DNA from: Abditibacteriia bacterium
Lineage (GTDB): Bacteria; Armatimonadota; Abditibacteriia; Abditibacteriales; Abditibacteriaceae
Assembly (NCBI GenBank): GCA_036833945.1
Contig: DAITOV010000061.1
Location: forward strand, 1-18,159
Reading direction: 5' to 3'
Length of the DNA stretch: 18,159 bases
Position 1 is the stretch's first letter. Every line of letters starts with the position of its first letter. The position numbers were made by a program, and so were the translations under genes. Shown here piece after piece: positions 13,640-18,159 of the stretch. Below the pieces are notes generated by a model. It made no database searches. It saw only the letters and a program-made list of their open reading frames with translations, and had not been told where the DNA came from.

Positions 13640-14407
13640 ATGGATTTTTCGGATTTGAAAGGCAAACGCGCGCTCGTCACCGGCGGCGCGGCGGGCATTG
13701 GTAAAGCGATTGTCGAAGAGCTGTTAGCCAACGGTGTACAAGTCGCGGTGGGGCAACGCGATTTCGCGAAATTGCAGCCACTGCTGGAAAAATATGCGCC
13801 ACAGTTGCACGGCTTTGCCTTCGATGCCGCCAAGCCCGAGGCTTGCGATGAGCTGGTCAGCCAGGCCGTTGAGGCGATGGGTGGCATCGACATTCTGGTT
13901 AACAACGCCGCCGTCACCGGCACCCCGGCTGCGCGTTGGTTTCTGGATGAAACCCGCGAACACATCGACAGCGTAATTGATGTCAACCTCAAAAGTGTCA
14001 TTCAAACCAGCGTCGGCGCAGCCCGCCAGATGGTGGCACAGGGCACGGGCGGCGTTATCATTCATATCTCCTCCATCGGTGCCTTTGGCGCGCAGCAAAC
14101 CGCCAGCGTCTACTGCGCCAGCAAAGCCGCCCTCACCGGCCTCACGCAGGCAATGGCGGTGGAACTATCCGCGCATAACATCCGCGTGGTGGCCGTAGCT
14201 CCAGGCGATATCCAAATCGAAAAATCCCAGGCTATCGCCGCTGCTGTGGGCAGCCTGCAACCCGACCCGCGCTTTGTGCCACATACTCCGCTGGGCAGCG
14301 GCGAACCGCAGGATATCGGCAGCCTGGTGACGTTTTTGGTTTCACGAAATGCTAAGTTCGTGACCGGCACGACCTGGGTTGTGGATGGGGGTTGGTTAGC
14401 GTATTAA
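13640..14407 (+). CDS. Short-chain dehydrogenase/reductase (SDR) family oxidoreductase
   Basis: TGGAAGIGKA Rossmann motif, NNAAV, and the catalytic YCASKAA (YxxxK) plus an upstream Ser. Classic 255-aa SDR. Confidence 0.9.
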   Translation: MDFSDLKGKRALVTGGAAGIGKAIVEELLANGVQVAVGQRDFAKLQPLLEKYAPQLHGFAFDAAKPEACDELVSQAVEAMGGIDILVNNAAVTGTPAARWFLDETREHIDSVIDVNLKSVIQTSVGAARQMVAQGTGGVIIHISSIGAFGAQQTASVYCASKAALTGLTQAMAVELSAHNIRVVAVAPGDIQIEKSQAIAAAVGSLQPDPRFVPHTPLGSGEPQDIGSLVTFLVSRNAKFVTGTTWVVDGGWLAY

Positions 14408-14432
14408 TTTCGCCCCCTCTTAAAAGATAATT

Positions 14433-14867
14433 ATGTGGAAACAACTCATTGAAAGTTATACAAGCGACTTCACATCGTTCCCGCCAACCATAGCCGAAGA
14501 AATCGCAAATGCAGAACAAACTTTAAAAATTCAATTCACAGATGAGTTGAAAAGCTTGCTGACTGAATCAAACGGCTTTCAAGCTCGATATGGTTCAGGC
14601 TTAATTTGGTCCGTTCAGAATATAGTGCAACAAAATCTGGAATACCGGCAATATCCCGATTTCAAAAGCCTATACATGCCTTTTGATCACCTTCTGTTCT
14701 TCTCTGATACTGGGTGCGGCGACCTCTATGGTTATGCGATTCGGGATGGAGTAATTCATCAGGAAGATATTTTTAGATGGGATCACGAAACCGATAGTCG
14801 GATTAATGTTGCATTGGGCTTGCGTGACTACATTGACCGATTTTTTAATGACAAACTCGAACTGTAA
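14433..14867 (+). CDS. SMI1/KNR4 (SUKH-1) family protein, the fold typical of polymorphic-toxin immunity proteins; orphan, in a low-GC island
   Basis: The motifs AEEIANAEQTLKIQFTDELKSLLTESNGF, YMPFDHLLFFSDTGCGDLYGYAI and IFRWDHETDSRINVALGLRDYIDRF match the three conserved SUKH-1 blocks. Local GC is about 40% against about 60% in the flanks. No toxin gene is adjacent. Confidence 0.65.
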   Translation: MWKQLIESYTSDFTSFPPTIAEEIANAEQTLKIQFTDELKSLLTESNGFQARYGSGLIWSVQNIVQQNLEYRQYPDFKSLYMPFDHLLFFSDTGCGDLYGYAIRDGVIHQEDIFRWDHETDSRINVALGLRDYIDRFFNDKLEL

Positions 14868-14933
14868 CCATTGCCCTTTCAGTACAAAGTAGCCTGCCTC
14901 TCGGCAACTGCCGCTAAATACTCTATTCCTGCG

Positions 14934-15971
14934 ATGGCTTCCTCCGATTCCCTCCTCGCCCAGGTTTTGCGCTCCAAGCTCATTCCATGGACGCAAAATG
15001 GGCTGAGTGAACGCACACTCATCGGCACGCCTCAGCAACTGAAGGCCCATCCCGACGCCCAGGTTACCATCACTCCCACCAGCCTGGTGGGACCGCGTGT
15101 AGTGAACAAAGGCGGACACCAGTTTGCTGGCAAGCGCTGGGTGCTGGCGCGCTGGCCCAAGGATGCACTCAACGAACTGATTCAGCCCCGCCTGATTTGT
15201 GTGCTCAGCGGGCGCATGAAATTTCAGATTAACGATTATTTCATCGAAGCCAACGCCGGGCACATGCTGGTGATTCCTTCGGGTGTGCCCCACTCCAATG
15301 CATCGCGCACCTGCGCCGCGCCGGGCAATTCGCATTGCGACCTGCTCTACATCATCGCTTTCCCCAACGCCATCCAATGCTGGATCGACCGCTTCACGCC
15401 TGATTCCAACGCCATCGAGCCGCTGGGCAATATCCTTTTGCAGGGTGAGCATCTCGCCACTACCTATCGGCTGATGGTGGAAGAAATTATCGCACGCGGC
15501 AACGCCGATTCGCAGATTGCCAGTTGCCTGACAGCGGCGCTACTGGCGCAGATTCAGCGGGCTATTGAAGAGAACAACTTTATTCACGCCAACCTCACCG
15601 ACCAGAACCAATCCCTCTCGCTGTGGGGCGACGATGCAGCCAACTCCAACAACGCCAGTTTCACCAATGTGCTGCAAAACTACATCTACACTCACATTCA
15701 CCAAACCATCACTATCGACGAGATGGCAAAGATGATGTTCCTCTCGCGCCCCCAGTTCACCCGCCGCGTGCGCCGCGAAACCGGGCTTTCTTTCGTTGAA
15801 TTTCTCACTAACTGCCGCATCACCGAAGCCAAGCGCCTACTCAAAGAAACCCCACTGGGAATCGCCACCATTTCCGAGTCGGTCGGTATTAAACCGTCTT
15901 ACTTTTCGACCGTGTTTTTCCAGCACACCGGCACCACGCCATCCCAGTTTCGCGAGCAGAATAAAACTTGA
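14934..15971 (+). CDS. AraC family transcriptional regulator (second copy in the window)
   Basis: ATG at 14934; the ORF track begins at a TTG at 14871, directly after the SUKH stop. The N-terminal region is cupin-like (HMLVIPSGVPH). The C-terminal AraC HTH is TIDEMAKMMFLSRPQFTRRVRRETGLSFVEFLTNCRITEAKRLLKETPLGIATISESVGIKPSYFSTVFFQHTGTTPSQF. Confidence 0.8.
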   Translation: MASSDSLLAQVLRSKLIPWTQNGLSERTLIGTPQQLKAHPDAQVTITPTSLVGPRVVNKGGHQFAGKRWVLARWPKDALNELIQPRLICVLSGRMKFQINDYFIEANAGHMLVIPSGVPHSNASRTCAAPGNSHCDLLYIIAFPNAIQCWIDRFTPDSNAIEPLGNILLQGEHLATTYRLMVEEIIARGNADSQIASCLTAALLAQIQRAIEENNFIHANLTDQNQSLSLWGDDAANSNNASFTNVLQNYIYTHIHQTITIDEMAKMMFLSRPQFTRRVRRETGLSFVEFLTNCRITEAKRLLKETPLGIATISESVGIKPSYFSTVFFQHTGTTPSQFREQNKT

Positions 15972-16065
15972 TTCGATTTTGATACAACATACCCAATTTT
16001 GAGGATTAAACTTCTCTCGTAGGTGGCATAATCACTGCGTTTGGTACTATTTCGAGGAGATTGAC

Positions 16066-16848
16066 ATGAACGAGCTTCGCACCTGCAAGAAAACGGCCTT
16101 TACCCTCATTGAACTTTTGGTCGTTATTACTATCATAGCTATCCTTGCTGCGATTTTGTTTCCGGTTTTCGCCCGCGCCAGGGAAAACGCCCGCCGCGCG
16201 AGTTGCATGAGCAACATGAAGCAGATTGGCCTGGGTATCTTGCAATATACGCAAGACTACGACGAGCGCTACCCCAAGCCGCTCAGCGGCGACTGGGGCA
16301 ATGGCAGCGGTGTGAGCGGCTTCCAACTGCAAACCGACCCTTCCATGCCCGGCGCGAAATTCCAAAACACCGATAACGCCGGTGACGCCTGGAACAACCC
16401 CAACGCCTACGTTAAAACCTGGATGGACTTTGCCTACCCTTATGTGAAGAGCACCCAGATTTTCGTCTGCCCCTCACAGCAAGATGGCCCGCGCTCTAAC
16501 TACGGCTACAGCGCTGCCATCGGCGGTGTTTATCGCCCGGAATTCAGCGGCGGCACCAGCCGGCAAATCCCCATGGCCCTGGCCGAAATGCCCAACCCCG
16601 CTGAAGCGCTGATGGTGCTCGATTACGTGAGCTACTACGGCACCTGGGCCATCAAGTCGCAGTTCATGGCTTATGTCGATGCTGCCGATAATGATTCGCG
16701 CCGATTGGTTTCACCCCATCTGGAAGGCACCAGCGTCGGCTTCGCCGATGGCCACGTGAAATGGTTCGCCCGCGCCAACGCCCAACTCCGCAAAGGCACC
16801 GATAGCGGTGGTGCCGATAACAAAAGCTGGAATGCCTTCCTCAACTAA
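16066..16848 (+). CDS. Prepilin-type N-terminal cleavage/methylation domain protein with H-X9-DG (DUF1559) domain, paralog of 987-1763
   Basis: [54 protein letters not shown], with C-terminal [18 protein letters not shown] sits about 8 nt before the ATG. Its DNA has diverged from the first copy at synonymous positions, so it is an old paralog. Confidence 0.85.
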   Translation: MNELRTCKKTAFTLIELLVVITIIAILAAILFPVFARARENARRASCMSNMKQIGLGILQYTQDYDERYPKPLSGDWGNGSGVSGFQLQTDPSMPGAKFQNTDNAGDAWNNPNAYVKTWMDFAYPYVKSTQIFVCPSQQDGPRSNYGYSAAIGGVYRPEFSGGTSRQIPMALAEMPNPAEALMVLDYVSYYGTWAIKSQFMAYVDAADNDSRRLVSPHLEGTSVGFADGHVKWFARANAQLRKGTDSGGADNKSWNAFLN

Positions 16849-16869
16849 TAAAAACTTCTCAAAACCCGT

Positions 16870-18147
16870 ATGAAAACAAATCTACAGCCCCATTTTCCCT
16901 TCTGTCTCTTGCGAACTCACAGCTACCGCCAACATTTATTTCCGTGCATCGCTATAGGCGTTATGACGCTAAGTTCATTGGGTGGTATGGCACGAAGCGA
17001 GGAAACTCAGATGCCCCGCAAAAAGCTCATCTGGAGTGGTTGGAATACACCCGTTTCCCACGAGATCGCCCAAAGCTGGCAGGAAATCGACAAACTACCC
17101 TTTGACGGCATAACCATCGACGTTGCCGTCGATCCCGCCAAGCCGGTGCGCGGCGATAACACAACGGGCAACCGCCTGGCCTGGAACGTGTTCGGCCCCA
17201 AACCGCTGAAAATTGAAGACTTCAAGGCACAAATTGCCGACTTAAAATCAGCGCGGTGGAAGAATATTTCTTCTTTGTTCCTCACCTCGGCGGCGGCTTC
17301 CTACGGGCAAGATCACGAATTGACATGGTTCGACGAAGAACGCTGGGCCACCATTAATAACAACTGGCGCACTATTGCCACCATCGCCAAGGAAGGCCAG
17401 TGTAAGGGCATCCTTTTCGATCCCGAACACTACGACTACGGTCATGTCGGTGCAGAACTCTTCAACTATGAAGGCCATCGGGCTAAGCGTGTGGATAAAT
17501 CGTTTGCCGAATACAGGGCAATGGCCAATCGGCGTGGGCGAGAAATGATGGAAGCGATCAAGGATATCTATCCAGATATGACAATGCTTTGCTTCTTTGC
17601 CTACGACCTGGCGCTCTATGACGACAAGCATGAGAATAAAACGCCGGAAACCGGTCGCTATTCGCTACTTTCGGCCTTTCTCGATGGCATGCTCGAAGGC
17701 AGCGATCCCCGCACCAAATGGACGGATTCGTGGGAGTTTGCCTATGGTTATAAGCAACGCAGCCAGTTTCTCGAAGGCTACCATTCCGTGCGCCAAAAAG
17801 CGATGCAATACTCAAACGTGCCCGATCTTTACGCTTCTAAAATGCGTGCCGGTTTCGGCTTGATGCTCGATTATAACTACTCTACCAAATGGTCGGTAGA
17901 CGACATCTCTCGCAATCATTTCAGCCCGGCAGAATGGAAAAACACAGTGCAACAAGCTCTGGAAATTTCCGATGAATATGTCATCGCCTACACGCAAGCA
18001 CCTAATTTCATGACCAGAGAAAAGTTGCCCGATGCCTACTGGCAAGCAACTGCTGAAGGCAGGCAAGCAGCGCAGCAAAACCCCGCCCCGCCAGTGTTCA
18101 ACGCGGCGGTGGAATGGAAAGAAGAGCCTGCTACCATCGCAGAATAA
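16870..18147 (+). CDS. Hypothetical protein, co-transcribed with the H-X9-DG paralog (possibly a glycan-active enzyme; no family recognised)
   Basis: Starts 21 nt after the upstream stop. 425 aa, Trp/Tyr-rich (WSGWNTPVSHEIAQSWQEIDKLPFDGITIDVAVDP..., GILFDPEHYDYGHV...). GC is about 50%. The true start may be an internal Met (MTLSS... or MPRKK...). Confidence 0.55.
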   Translation: MKTNLQPHFPFCLLRTHSYRQHLFPCIAIGVMTLSSLGGMARSEETQMPRKKLIWSGWNTPVSHEIAQSWQEIDKLPFDGITIDVAVDPAKPVRGDNTTGNRLAWNVFGPKPLKIEDFKAQIADLKSARWKNISSLFLTSAAASYGQDHELTWFDEERWATINNNWRTIATIAKEGQCKGILFDPEHYDYGHVGAELFNYEGHRAKRVDKSFAEYRAMANRRGREMMEAIKDIYPDMTMLCFFAYDLALYDDKHENKTPETGRYSLLSAFLDGMLEGSDPRTKWTDSWEFAYGYKQRSQFLEGYHSVRQKAMQYSNVPDLYASKMRAGFGLMLDYNYSTKWSVDDISRNHFSPAEWKNTVQQALEISDEYVIAYTQAPNFMTREKLPDAYWQATAEGRQAAQQNPAPPVFNAAVEWKEEPATIAE

Positions 18148-18159
18148 CTTTGCCAGCTT

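Noticed and set aside
16006-16365. 119-aa minus-strand ORF overlapping the start of the second H-X9-DG gene
   Set aside because: Antisense to the highly conserved prepilin N-terminus coding region, with no independent signals.
1-18159. Looked for CRISPR arrays, tRNA/rRNA genes, transposases/integrases and restriction-modification or other defence genes
   Set aside because: No regularly spaced direct repeats with unique spacers. No cloverleaf-compatible segments with GGTTCGAATCC-like T-loops. No DDE, tyrosine or serine recombinase motifs in any frame. The repeats found are inverted or short tandem, not CRISPR-like.

Overview
The window is a roughly 58-60% GC bacterial chromosomal segment with no rRNA, tRNA, CRISPR array or transposase. 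The lineage is a tentative inference: the H-X9-DG/DUF1559 pseudopilin-like proteins and a copper-amine-oxidase-N-terminal-like domain point to Planctomycetota/Verrucomicrobiota or Armatimonadota. Coding content, left to right:
- A first AraC regulator, H-X9-DG pseudopilin-like protein and secreted beta-helix protein.
- A secreted M23 peptidase.
- A minus-strand four-gene block: Rrf2 regulator, PspA/IM30-like protein, NfeD/YqiJ-like protein and a long flotillin (SPFH) protein.
- A divergently transcribed large secreted cell-envelope protein with Ig-like, Ser/Thr/Pro-rich repeat, LysM and Cu-amine-oxidase-N-like domains.
- A 0.6-kb low-GC cassette with one orphan ORF, bracketed by two near-identical GNRA-loop terminator hairpins.
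- A small two-helix membrane protein.
- A convergent OB-fold + HD protein (YhaM-like) and an SDR oxidoreductase.
- A second low-GC island carrying an orphan SMI1/KNR4 (SUKH-1) immunity-like gene.
- A second AraC regulator, H-X9-DG protein and a co-transcribed unknown protein.

The most unusual material is non-coding or architectural. Several long perfect inverted repeats are present:
- 31-bp arms with CACAGAT heptamers at 4437-4577.
- A 25/26-bp perfect stem nested in an 11-bp inverted repeat at 12259-12396.
- An 18-bp inverted repeat at 12434-12551.
- A 22-bp perfect palindrome in the Rrf2 divergent promoter.

Other notable points are twin C-run/G-run hairpins with a G-quadruplex motif, and the duplicated terminator hairpin bracketing the low-GC cassette. 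The AraC, H-X9-DG and secreted-protein gene order is duplicated, and the Rrf2 + PspA-like + NfeD-like + flotillin membrane-stress-like operon is a further point of interest.

Every call rests on reading motifs in the provided translations and sequence; no database search was possible.
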